The notes beneath the pieces were generated by a model. It had not been told where the DNA came from. It saw only the letters and a program-made list of their open reading frames with translations, and did no database searches. A program made the translations under genes and the position numbers. This document shows positions 1 to 8,414 of a stretch of 64,000 nucleotides of DNA, in pieces. Position 1 is the stretch's first letter, and every line of letters begins with the position of its first letter. The stretch covers positions 248,001-312,000 of the IMG/VR virus record IMGVR_UViG_3300050120_000230, one strand, 5' to 3'.

Positions 1-2
1 CT

Positions 3-236
3 CTTGCGTTCAAGCTGGTGTTCGGTTTCCGGCAGGCGCTCGATGGCGCCGTGCGGCGATTGTCGCCCAAAGAGATCGCCGATCACGCCTACGATCTCGC
101 GCAATCCTTCTCGAAGTATTATGCGAACACGCAGATCGGAGAATCACCGTCGAGGGTGGCCCTCTCTGCCAAGGTGTTGGCCCAACTGGAATGCTGCTTG
201 GGTCTGATGGGTATCGATATCCCCGAGCGGATGTGA
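3..236 (+). CDS. argS: Arginyl-tRNA synthetase, C-terminal DALR anticodon-binding domain (5' truncated by window)
   Basis: Frame open from nt 3; AYDLAQSFSKYY...RVAL...CLGLMGIDIPERM matches the ArgRS C-terminal pattern ending LLGI.xPERM. Confidence 0.85.
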   Translation, partial: LAFKLVFGFRQALDGAVRRLSPKEIADHAYDLAQSFSKYYANTQIGESPSRVALSAKVLAQLECCLGLMGIDIPERM

Positions 237-496
237 TGCGCTGGTTCTGGGAAATGCTCTATCGCCGCCAAGCGGTAGAGGTTGTCCTTGATCGAGATTG
301 CATCAGAGTTCTCGGCGGTGATGGTCCCACGACCTTGGCCAGACTACGAGATGTCGAGCGCGAATGGTGTCGTCACAACGTTCGCAGGCCATTCGGTCTA
401 TATTGCCGATGGCGAGGCGTAGGGGGCGGATACCATGCGTATCTGTGGTTCATTGAGCCGAAAGATGCTGCACTCTTCAAAATGTTTCAAACGTGA
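236..496 (+). CDS. DAxxFK[LM]xW-family small protein
   Basis: Start overlaps the argS stop (TGATG); ends DAALFKMFQT. Confidence 0.7.
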   Translation: MRWFWEMLYRRQAVEVVLDRDCIRVLGGDGPTTLARLRDVEREWCRHNVRRPFGLYCRWRGVGGGYHAYLWFIEPKDAALFKMFQT

Positions 497-502
497 CGTG
501 TC

Positions 503-509
503 CTAAATA
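503..509 (+). promoter_or_regulatory. T4-like late promoter CTAAATA, 4 nt before ATG 514
   Basis: The same motif precedes many structural and CTS-bearing genes. Confidence 0.7.
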
Positions 510-513
510 GTGG

Positions 514-1650
514 ATGCGTGAGTTCATCAATCTCCTAGAGCAAGCCGACAACGTCACGCTCTATCGCGGCGACAGCGGCCCTGTGGAGAAGTTCGAACTG
601 GCCAAGACCGATTCAGGAGCTTTGCTCGGCATCGGCATCTATCTCACCGATAGCCCGGAAGTGGCTGGCGACTATACCGTCAAGGGTTCCCAAGACATCG
701 CCTATCCGTCAGGGCGCCGGGGCGAAGACAATTCGTTCAACGATCCGAAGCAATTGACCGCTGGGTATCTGCGGAAACTCATGAACGATGCTGGTTTCCA
801 ACAGCAAATGGACGACACGAAAAATCAGTGGCAGGACAAATATTACAGCCTGTCGCGAGATATCGATTGGACCGACCATGAACGTGCTCGTAAGGAGCGC
901 GACGAAATGCAAGCCAAGTTCCAAGCGGACTATCAGGTCGTCCGATCCAAGATGATCCGCGCCGCCGTGGCCAAGGCCAAGGCACAGTTCAAGGCGATTC
1001 GACCGAACCTACGGATGGTCAAGCTGACCACTGGGGAATACATCTTCACGAAAGTTGGCCGGGCGGCCAGCATCGCGAAGTTTATCGTGCCTACGGCCTA
1101 CCTCGAACGATGCCTTCATGCTGAGCGGCCTCTGCCTGATGATCTTCTTCCGATCATGAAAGCGGCTTTCGCTCGTGTGGCTCATGACAAAAACCCCGAT
1201 CAAAAATGGGACCTACGGGTTCGGAATCCCAAGGGGAACAACGGCGACGAAGACATTGGCCTTTCATTCGATGAGTTCATCGCAGGCTTTCGTAAAGCGG
1301 GCGCTCGCTACGCGTGGACGGACGAAGTTCGTGGCGGCAAGGGTGAGAACCCTTCGCTCGACATCCTCTGGAACGGCACGCACAGCGGCTATCACGTCTT
1401 CCAGAACAAAGAAGCACAAGAGACCCTCATGCATGAACTCATGGCCATGGGCTACGTCGGCTACGCCTACGACGGCGGCGTTCGTCTAGCTGGCACCGGT
1501 GCTCGTGGTGGCGGTGGCATTCGTCACAACGCCTACGTTCTTTGGGACGAAAATGCCGTTCATTCTTTCCGCGTCGAGGGCGGCGGGGTGACTGATGACG
1601 AAGTCGGTGACTTGGAAAAAGGTATCAAGGCAGCAAAAGTCCTGCGTTAA
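514..1650 (+). CDS. Putative virion-packaged ADP-ribosyltransferase-like protein (ART-PolyVal-like) with insertion
   Basis: N-terminus MREFINLLE; LYRGD...GIYLTDSPEVAGDY...GYAY...YVLWD motifs. Confidence 0.55.
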   Translation: MREFINLLEQADNVTLYRGDSGPVEKFELAKTDSGALLGIGIYLTDSPEVAGDYTVKGSQDIAYPSGRRGEDNSFNDPKQLTAGYLRKLMNDAGFQQQMDDTKNQWQDKYYSLSRDIDWTDHERARKERDEMQAKFQADYQVVRSKMIRAAVAKAKAQFKAIRPNLRMVKLTTGEYIFTKVGRAASIAKFIVPTAYLERCLHAERPLPDDLLPIMKAAFARVAHDKNPDQKWDLRVRNPKGNNGDEDIGLSFDEFIAGFRKAGARYAWTDEVRGGKGENPSLDILWNGTHSGYHVFQNKEAQETLMHELMAMGYVGYAYDGGVRLAGTGARGGGGIRHNAYVLWDENAVHSFRVEGGGVTDDEVGDLEKGIKAAKVLR

Positions 1651-1664
1651 ACACTAAATAGTTC

Positions 1665-2063
1665 ATGTTTTCGATGCGTGAACTGATGTTGATGGTCGAA
1701 ACCGAGCGTCCGAGAGAAGGGCCGCCGGTTCCCGACACGTTGTTCCATGGCACCGGTGAAGAAGCGTGGAATAGCATCCAAGAGAGCGACACCATGTATT
1801 CGTCGGATCACAGAGACGAAGACGCTATTTCCTTCACCACCGATTGGCACACTGCAAATCGCTTCGCACAAGCCGTAGCCAAGCGAGAGGGCGGCGCCGG
1901 AGTCATCATCGAGTTCAACGGTGACGATCTGGCTCGCAAGTTCAACGTCGAGCCATTTTCAGATAGTGGGCTGGTTCACGCCGAACAAGAATGGCTAGTC
2001 AAGGTTGGCAGCATCACACAGGTCACCCGCTATATCATTGGCGTGGAAAAGGTGTCCGCGTAG
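1665..2063 (+). CDS. Putative ADP-ribosyltransferase-fold protein with capsid-targeting-like N-terminus
   Basis: CTAAATA at 1654; LFHGT...SFTTD...A..FA...EQEWLV. Confidence 0.55.
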   Translation: MFSMRELMLMVETERPREGPPVPDTLFHGTGEEAWNSIQESDTMYSSDHRDEDAISFTTDWHTANRFAQAVAKREGGAGVIIEFNGDDLARKFNVEPFSDSGLVHAEQEWLVKVGSITQVTRYIIGVEKVSA

Positions 2064-2286
2064 GCGTAGTCATCAGATGAACAGTGACGCGGGCACGCAC
2101 GGCTTCGTGTCGTTGGTGATGTTCGGTGGGCGTCATTCTTGCCGCCTGATATTCAAGTTCTTGTAGGTCTTCTTGCTTCAAAACAACTTCGAAACCCCAG
2201 TCTTCTAGTTTTTCATGGATCATTTGCAGCAAGGTAGTCTTGCCAGCAGCATTCGGACCACGGATGTCGATGACAATTTCGTTCAT
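2035..2286 (-). CDS. Small protein with Walker A-like motif
   Basis: GPNAAGKTT near the N-terminus. Confidence 0.5.
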   Translation of the reverse strand: MNEIVIDIRGPNAAGKTTLLQMIHEKLEDWGFEVVLKQEDLQELEYQAARMTPTEHHQRHEAVRARVTVHLMTTPTRTPFPRQ

Positions 2287-2348
2287 TTTGCTTGACCAAC
2301 TCAGAATGTGGGATATCTTCAGGGCATAGGAACCAAGGAGATTATCCC

Positions 2349-2741
2349 ATGACCGAGGCGACCAGAACAGCGAAACTTGTTTGGGGTGAACCCGGTACGG
2401 GCAAATCGGAAATGGTCCGCCGCGTCATGGAGGCTCAAGCCGACGCCGAGGCGGTAGCGAAAGTGCCGCTCATCGACGTTCGACTGTCCAAGATGGACCC
2501 CGAAACGCTCGCCGCCGCCTGCCCGGCAGTTCCCGTCATCGCCACCGAAGCCAAGGATCACATCCTTCACGCCGCCTTCAAGTCCGGCAACGGCCGCCGC
2601 GTCACGCACGACTTTCCGATCACCGAATTCCAAGCCAACGATACGGCGGCCCGCGCCTCCGCGATCAGCAACGCCAGCGCCTACGGCTTTGGCCGGGGCT
2701 ACAAGATGCTGGTGAACTGGACGATCAAGAAAGCCAAGTGA
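2349..2741 (+). CDS. Hypothetical protein with an AAA-ATPase-like N-terminal fragment
   Basis: VWGEPGTGKSEMV...LIDVRLSKMDP; downstream of promoter TTGACC at 2292. Confidence 0.55.
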   Translation: MTEATRTAKLVWGEPGTGKSEMVRRVMEAQADAEAVAKVPLIDVRLSKMDPETLAAACPAVPVIATEAKDHILHAAFKSGNGRRVTHDFPITEFQANDTAARASAISNASAYGFGRGYKMLVNWTIKKAK

Positions 2742-2887
2742 TGCTATCTCGCTTCTTCAGGAAGTTCGGCTACGAGCGCGCCGTTTCGATTCTCTCGATC
2801 ATAGCCGCCGTGGGCGCCATAGTGTTTGCCGCCTTGGCCATGTTCTTCCTGAACCTGTTTGAGAAAATGGTGTCGGGGCTGGGATGA
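2741..2887 (+). CDS. 48-aa single-pass membrane protein (absent from ORF track)
   Basis: MLSRFFRKFGYERAVSILSIIAAVGAIVFAALAMFFLNLFEKMVSGLG; start overlaps the upstream stop and stop overlaps the next start. Confidence 0.6.
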   Translation: MLSRFFRKFGYERAVSILSIIAAVGAIVFAALAMFFLNLFEKMVSGLG

Positions 2888-3192
2888 TCCATCTCGTCTC
2901 TACATCAAGCGAAGCGGATCAACTTGGGCGAAGGATTCCTCGCTCCACGGCTACACACGCGGCCCTCGAACTGATTCAACGTGTTCGAGGTAACGAGCGA
3001 GAAATACCGCTACTGTTTGGTCTCGACACGTCTCACGCAATTCTGAAGCCGTGGCGAATACAGGGTATAGCGGCATCGTTGCATACCGCAGAGTGGCAGT
3101 TTATCTGGGAATCTATTGGCTTCCTACTCATCGGTGACTTAGAGGCGTTTGAGCGAGATTGTCTCTATATCAAACTGGCGTTGGACACGTAG
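2884..3192 (+). CDS. Hypothetical protein
   Basis: ATGA overlap with the upstream ORF. Confidence 0.55.
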   Translation: MIHLVSTSSEADQLGRRIPRSTATHAALELIQRVRGNEREIPLLFGLDTSHAILKPWRIQGIAASLHTAEWQFIWESIGFLLIGDLEAFERDCLYIKLALDT

Positions 3193-3752
3193 CCCAAGAG
3201 AGTGCGAATCGCCTGTTTGCCATTGGGTAGCAGCTTGCGGCTACCAATTCCTGCCCAGACGCCGTGCGGCTTAGGCACATCGGTGACCGCAAGCCACCCG
3301 TCTTCACCGGCCCACATAAACCAAGCTCCCGTGATCTGATCGAAGACGTAGGCTTCACATGCCTCTCCATCAAATCGGTCGATGAACATCTGAACGGCCC
3401 AAGATGTGCCACCGGTTACGATGCCGTCCTCGAAGCTTGCCACGGCGTAGACGCGCTCCGCGTCTTTGACCTGATACCAGTTTCGCCGCAGCAAATTCTT
3501 GACGAACAGACTCTTGGGCGGGAACCAGCGTTTAATGCCCTTGCTAGCGGCCTTGCAGGGGCCGTCAGCGGCCTCAAGCTGTTCTGGGGTCAACACCACT
3601 AGCTCAGCCTCCGGGGCCGCTGAGCGGTGTCCTGAGAAGCTAAAATGGACAACCATGTGACCGATCATGCCAGCGCACATGCCCCATTGTAGATCAGCGC
3701 CTTCGGCGCCGCCACTCAGGCAGATGTCATCTAGGTTCGAAGTCGTAGTCAT
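3165..3752 (-). CDS. SLOG/YspA-like nucleotide-binding protein
   Basis: CLSGGAEGADLQW glycine-rich motif; GGTSWAVQM; GIGSR. Confidence 0.55.
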   Translation of the reverse strand: MTTTSNLDDICLSGGAEGADLQWGMCAGMIGHMVVHFSFSGHRSAAPEAELVVLTPEQLEAADGPCKAASKGIKRWFPPKSLFVKNLLRRNWYQVKDAERVYAVASFEDGIVTGGTSWAVQMFIDRFDGEACEAYVFDQITGAWFMWAGEDGWLAVTDVPKPHGVWAGIGSRKLLPNGKQAIRTLLGYVSNASLI

Positions 3753-4035
3753 AGGTCACGGTTACCAGCCCTCTAGCACAATTATCCGAGATAATCCAGT
3801 CGTAATAGACCATCTTGAATAGTGTTGCGTCAGCAAGACTCTTAAAAGAAAGGAAGACGAGGGTCGTTTGTTTCGTCCAACCGTCATTGTCCGGTTTGCC
3901 ATAGCCAGTTTTGGCTTTGGCTTTTATTCTGAAGTTGCAATTGGTGTTGAGCCACAGGATCATTTCATCGATCCATTCAGCAAACTTGGTGTCCTCGCTC
4001 GGCCCATCTAGATAGAACTTTGACCATTGGGTCAT
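3727..4035 (-). CDS. DAxxFK[LM]xW-family protein
   Basis: DATLFKMVYY. Confidence 0.7.
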   Translation of the reverse strand: MTQWSKFYLDGPSEDTKFAEWIDEMILWLNTNCNFRIKAKAKTGYGKPDNDGWTKQTTLVFLSFKSLADATLFKMVYYDWIISDNCARGLVTVTYDYDFEPR

Positions 4036-4547
4036 AGGAGAGCACGGCGCGTATTTTCTAGCATTTGCTCCGTCACCATTTGCTTCAGGATTTGACGTTT
4101 CGCTCTACGCTTTTGTTTGCTGCCTCGCGGCGCCTTTCGATATCGCACACGAAGCGCAAAAATCGCGGCCGTAGGTCCGGTCATCGGTTGCACGCCACAA
4201 ATGTCATAAGCGATGACATTCGGCATAGCACGGCGAACGAGCGAGATAAGAACGCGATTGAGTTTCTGTTCGTCGGTGATGATCTCCCCAGAGAAGAACA
4301 GCTTGAACAGAGTGGCGTCACGATTCGAGCGGAACTTCACCTGAATGAACGACGGCCATTTGAACTGTTCCCACGTCTGGCCGCCGCCAGAACTGCCGAT
4401 CTTCGCGACCTTGGCCGTCTTCGTTTTGTTGGCGCGCAACCATTCTTCAATGCGGTCGTGCATTTCGCGAAATTGATCGACGATTGCGTTCGCCGATGAA
4501 TTGGGACGCAGATCGGGCCGGAGGCAGAAAGTGGACCACTTGGACAT
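4032..4547 (-). CDS. DAxxFKL-family domain fused to a major-capsid (gp23) Gol-like segment
   Basis: DATLFKLFF followed by VLISLVRRAMPNVIAYDICGVQPMTGPTAAIFALRVRY. Confidence 0.75.
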   Translation of the reverse strand: MSKWSTFCLRPDLRPNSSANAIVDQFREMHDRIEEWLRANKTKTAKVAKIGSSGGGQTWEQFKWPSFIQVKFRSNRDATLFKLFFSGEIITDEQKLNRVLISLVRRAMPNVIAYDICGVQPMTGPTAAIFALRVRYRKAPRGSKQKRRAKRQILKQMVTEQMLENTRRALL

Positions 4548-4552
4548 TTGGT

Positions 4553-5113
4553 TTACGATGTCACGAAATTGAACGGAGCGCAAACGCCTCCGCTGAACTC
4601 GGCCGCTGCCTCAAGTGCCGCTTCAAGTCGCCATTTCGGCTTCAGGTTGGCATGAGTTCCGGTCGTGTAGAGCGAACCAAGCGCGTAGCTTTCTCCGCAG
4701 CCCACAGCAGCATACTCCATGAGATTTTCGCCGACTTGAAAATCTGCATCGATCTGGAAGAGGCGGCCCTGAGTCCCAACGAGGAAACAACCGCCGGTTT
4801 CTTCGTTGGAATCGATACGGCTGAAACCATGTTCTTTGAATGATTTTCGCAAGGCCGTAATGAACTCCCGCACCATGAACTCCATCAGCGGGTCATCGGT
4901 CTTGGCTTTATCGAAATCTTCGAACTTCGGTGGCTTGAAGTCATATTGAAGAATCTGACCCATCCGAAACGACGAGGTGAAGCCCATCGCGAAGTCCCCA
5001 TTGGTGAAAACCTTCTTGTCTTTGCGGATGACGATGTCGAGGCCAGACACACCGGCGCTGTCGCCTGCTAGATGCGTCTTACCCTTGTGGGCGATCCCAA
5101 CAATGCAAGTCAT
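4553..5113 (-). CDS. HslV/proteasome-type Ntn (Thr) protease
   Basis: Starts MTCIVG (N-terminal Thr nucleophile); AGDS; AVGCGESYALG. Confidence 0.75.
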   Translation of the reverse strand: MTCIVGIAHKGKTHLAGDSAGVSGLDIVIRKDKKVFTNGDFAMGFTSSFRMGQILQYDFKPPKFEDFDKAKTDDPLMEFMVREFITALRKSFKEHGFSRIDSNEETGGCFLVGTQGRLFQIDADFQVGENLMEYAAVGCGESYALGSLYTTGTHANLKPKWRLEAALEAAAEFSGGVCAPFNFVTS

Positions 5114-5122
5114 GAGGAACTC

Positions 5123-5776
5123 TTACAGGCAGACGCGGAGGACTTCCGCGTGAAGATGGGCGATGCTGAGATCATTGCTGATGGTCTCGTCGAGCGGGGC
5201 GCCGATCCATGCCCATTCCGACTCATGGATGTTATATTGCGTCTCCATGTGCCAACGCGCGACTTGTGCCGTTCCAACACCGGGAAGCGATCCACCGTGA
5301 CCGTTGGCGATCTTGGCACACTCGAACCACTCCGGTTCAGGGCCACGCTTTACGCGAACGACCTTGCCACCAAATTTTCGACCGAGATCAAGTTCGTTCG
5401 GGAACCTGCCGTCGCACAGGACGACGCTCGCATCTTCGGAAAGAAGACTGATCTTCCGTTCGATGTTCAGAATCCAAAGGTCCATGTTGAAGTGCTGGCG
5501 GAACACATTGGTCCCGACCAACTGCATAGCCAGACGTGGGGTAAAGTTCGGGATATTAAGTTTGTCGGACCACCACTGGTCCACAGTCTCGCGCCATGCT
5601 CGGCTTTCGCCGGTGTCTCCTTCCAGCAAGGCCCGCTCCCAGCAAAAGATGGAAGCCAAGGCATCCTTCAAGCTTTCTGCGAAGCTGAAGTTCTTGTATC
5701 CGTAGTTCTCTACTAGAAACCTACCGGCAGTGTCCTTGCCACTACCTTTGAACCCCACCAAAGCGACCAAATTCAT
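5123..5776 (-). CDS. Deoxynucleoside monophosphate kinase (T4 gp1-like)
   Basis: GFKGSGKDT, FAESLKDA, TPRLAMQLVGT, DGRFPNE, HESEW. Confidence 0.9.
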   Translation of the reverse strand: MNLVALVGFKGSGKDTAGRFLVENYGYKNFSFAESLKDALASIFCWERALLEGDTGESRAWRETVDQWWSDKLNIPNFTPRLAMQLVGTNVFRQHFNMDLWILNIERKISLLSEDASVVLCDGRFPNELDLGRKFGGKVVRVKRGPEPEWFECAKIANGHGGSLPGVGTAQVARWHMETQYNIHESEWAWIGAPLDETISNDLSIAHLHAEVLRVCL

Positions 5777-5797
5777 TTCGAGAAATACCCATATGCA

Positions 5798-6346
5798 TTA
5801 AGTATTCCTCACTTTAACCAAGCCCTTTGGGAATGTCATTATTCCGAGCGCATAGGGGATGTTCTTTTCGCTGTAGCCATTCCAAACCCGAGGAATCTCG
5901 AAGTTCATCGTGATCCACATGCGGTAACGCTCTGCATCTTCTTCATTTCGGAAAGCAGCGTTGTTGATTTGCGAATCTGACCCGATGCCGTGAGCGTTGT
6001 AGACATCAAGTTCGATGCCCCGCCCCTCATAGTTTCCGCAAAATATGGAGATATCTGGACTGATTTCGTAGAGCGGATTGATGGATTTGAACCCGGCGCC
6101 GCTGTTTCGCATGATAAAGCCACCCACTTCATGGGGCGTCAGGTGCGTCATTCGGGCAAAGTCACGAAACCCTTCTGCTCTACCAAAAGTACCGGGTCTG
6201 CGGATGTTGACTTCTTGGCCCACGAACCAGACGGTTTGTCCAAGCATGGTCTTCATCTCCATCAGCGTAGAGATGCGACCGTGGGCTTGGTCGAGACAAT
6301 ATTCAGGCGGGTGGATCATGGAATATTTTGTATAGCACCATGTCAC
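5798..6346 (-). CDS. Hypothetical protein
   Basis: Part of a packed minus-strand gene run. Confidence 0.55.
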   Translation of the reverse strand: MTWCYTKYSMIHPPEYCLDQAHGRISTLMEMKTMLGQTVWFVGQEVNIRRPGTFGRAEGFRDFARMTHLTPHEVGGFIMRNSGAGFKSINPLYEISPDISIFCGNYEGRGIELDVYNAHGIGSDSQINNAAFRNEEDAERYRMWITMNFEIPRVWNGYSEKNIPYALGIMTFPKGLVKVRNT

Positions 6347-6644
6347 GCTCGCTGGCGAATTGTAGACCGTAGCGATAGCAATTCCGCCCGCCGCCTACCC
6401 AAAACACGCGCACAACTTTGAAGCCGTCTGCCAAGTTGTCACAACACCAGCCGAGATGCTCGGGTGCGATATGAAAGGAATGGGGGTAGGTCATGCCTTT
6501 GCTTTTCTCGCCGGATGTGCGGCGATATCGCTTGGCAAGCCAGAGCACCATCGGTGGACAGTCGCGATCCGAGGCAACCGGCACGTCGTCGAACAATACG
6601 TTCGCGTTGAAGATGTCCCGCACCATCCCCAGATTTTTAGTCAT
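6303..6644 (-). CDS. DAxxFK[LM]xW-family protein
   Basis: WCCDNL...F.SERDMVLYKIFH. Confidence 0.65.
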   Translation of the reverse strand: MTKNLGMVRDIFNANVLFDDVPVASDRDCPPMVLWLAKRYRRTSGEKSKGMTYPHSFHIAPEHLGWCCDNLADGFKVVRVFWVGGGRNCYRYGLQFASERDMVLYKIFHDPPA

Positions 6645-6976
6645 CGGAAAGCGCGGGGCACCGGAGTTGTGGCATCATGCAGAACGACCGCCAGACGCGT
6701 CAGGCCGACCCACGCAAGGAACTGCATGAGCGGATGCCCCACGATGTTGTGGAACGCCCACGCGCCCTTCTTCCACTTCAGACGACGACCTTCCACGGCA
6801 CTGGGTTTGAATGCCCAAATCGCCTCGATTGCATCGAAGCCCATGGCTTTGAACGTCTCACCATCATTGGTCACGATATCGACTTCAGCGTGTTCGATGG
6901 AGCCGATGTCGATCCGCTTGATATGGTGCAGGGGGATGAGTTGATCCCCGGCTTTCAGCGCGAGAGGCCGCCACAT
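6641..6976 (-). CDS. Hypothetical protein
   Basis: Overlapping gene run. Confidence 0.55.
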   Translation of the reverse strand: MWRPLALKAGDQLIPLHHIKRIDIGSIEHAEVDIVTNDGETFKAMGFDAIEAIWAFKPSAVEGRRLKWKKGAWAFHNIVGHPLMQFLAWVGLTRLAVVLHDATTPVPRAFR

Positions 6977-6977
6977 C

Positions 6978-7235
6978 TCAGGAAAACCGAGACTGGCGCC
7001 AGTTGAACCGTTCGCACACGAAGAAGCGCCCCTCCGTCACGCAAACCCACGCCCATGCCCCGTAGCTGGCGGCCAGCAGGAAACAGTCGAAGGCGACTTG
7101 CCAACCCGGAGGATGAGGTCGATCAAAAATTAGCGAGAGCGGAACGAGCAGCGAGAGAATGACGCTCATCTGCGCGGAGTAGAAATAGGCGAAACGATAC
7201 ATCAGTGTTGCTCTTTGCTGTATTTCACGAGCCAT
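6978..7235 (-). CDS. Small membrane protein
   Basis: Two hydrophobic segments. Confidence 0.5.
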   Translation of the reverse strand: MAREIQQRATLMYRFAYFYSAQMSVILSLLVPLSLIFDRPHPPGWQVAFDCFLLAASYGAWAWVCVTEGRFFVCERFNWRQSRFS

Positions 7236-7567
7236 TCAGGAGGCGGACTTGGAACTGACGGTGCCCGGAGACGCAAACTGGCCGAAGGATAGAACGAAAC
7301 CACCACGTTTGCATCATTTTCGTCTTCGCAATAGATCGTGAAATAGGCCGTCGTATCGGTCATCTGATCTTCATGGGCCAGCAGTACCCACACCCGCTTC
7401 TGAGTGAGCATCACGACTTCGCTGATGACTTGGTCCCATGTCGCTTGATAATCATCGTATTTTTCTTGAGTGACGGCGATGTCAGCACACGCCCACTGCG
7501 TCATCAACCGCATGACTTCGAAGCCACCGATTTCTTCAAGATCATGTTGGGACAGGTTGTAGCCCAT
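7202..7567 (-). CDS. Hypothetical protein
   Basis: Overlapping gene run. Confidence 0.55.
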   Translation of the reverse strand: MGYNLSQHDLEEIGGFEVMRLMTQWACADIAVTQEKYDDYQATWDQVISEVVMLTQKRVWVLLAHEDQMTDTTAYFTIYCEDENDANVVVSFYPSASLRLRAPSVPSPPPEWLVKYSKEQH

Positions 7568-8070
7568 CAGGCGATCATTTTCGTTTCTTCGATCAGATCG
7601 TTCAGGTGGTTGACAATCTGGTAGAGTTGAACGCTGAGATTTAACATCTGGTGGAAATCAGAAACCACGAACACGTTCGGCATCGGGTTGGCTGCGAGGT
7701 GAGCGGAGACCAACGTCCGCGCTCGCAGGCTTTCTTTGTAGGCCGTCTGATCGGCCTTCAGCGCCTCGTCGAGATCGGGGACGATCATGACAATCACGAA
7801 CCGAGTGGAGTTGCTCTGCACAGCTTGGAGGATCGAGAAACCAGTCTCCGCGAGCGAGCCGGTGCCGTAGGTTTCGCTGGTCACCGGGAACAGAATGATC
7901 TCGTCCCGCTTCAGATGTTGGGCCTCAATATCCGCCAATTCCGGCGACCAGTTCTCGACTTGCGGATTGAAATAGTTGATCCCCAATTTGGAATACTGAC
8001 GGATGAAATCTGCCCGCCAAGTGCTGGTGCCGCATGTTCCGAACAGACCAATGCATCCGATATTTTTCAT
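7567..8070 (-). CDS. Nucleoside 2-deoxyribosyltransferase-like protein
   Basis: GLFGTCG.STWR...YFNPQVENW...E.....ILFPVTSETYGTGSLAETG. Confidence 0.75.
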   Translation of the reverse strand: MKNIGCIGLFGTCGTSTWRADFIRQYSKLGINYFNPQVENWSPELADIEAQHLKRDEIILFPVTSETYGTGSLAETGFSILQAVQSNSTRFVIVMIVPDLDEALKADQTAYKESLRARTLVSAHLAANPMPNVFVVSDFHQMLNLSVQLYQIVNHLNDLIEETKMIA

Positions 8071-8414
8071 GGCGTTCGCGGCGGCTGCACGGCTGGCATA
8101 GGGACGCTCGCGTTGAACGGCGGGAACATGGATTCGCCTGCATCCATTCTCGCTTTCGATTCGCGCTGACGAAGTTCAGAGCGCATCCAGCGGGGAATAA
8201 CGAGCAGGACGCCAAGCGCCATGATAATCGTGATGGCGAAAACGCCGCCCAGAACCACCATGTCGTTAATACGATGCTCACCCAGAGCGGCCACGGCGAA
8301 GACGGCCGCAATGCAGCCGTAGCAGAACCATGGAGCGATTCGCTGAGCCTTTGTCGGCGGGGGAAGCGGGGGCGCCTTACCCGTGAACATTTCGCTGAGT
8401 TCTTCTGGGGTCAT
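8067..8414 (-). CDS. Membrane protein
   Basis: Two TM-like segments. Confidence 0.55.
   Translation of the reverse strand: MTPEELSEMFTGKAPPLPPPTKAQRIAPWFCYGCIAAVFAVAALGEHRINDMVVLGGVFAITIIMALGVLLVIPRWMRSELRQRESKARMDAGESMFPPFNASVPMPAVQPPRTP

Noticed and set aside
4140-4253. A true major capsid protein gene
   Set aside because: Only ~38 aa match; the flanks are unrelated and the ORF is ~170 aa
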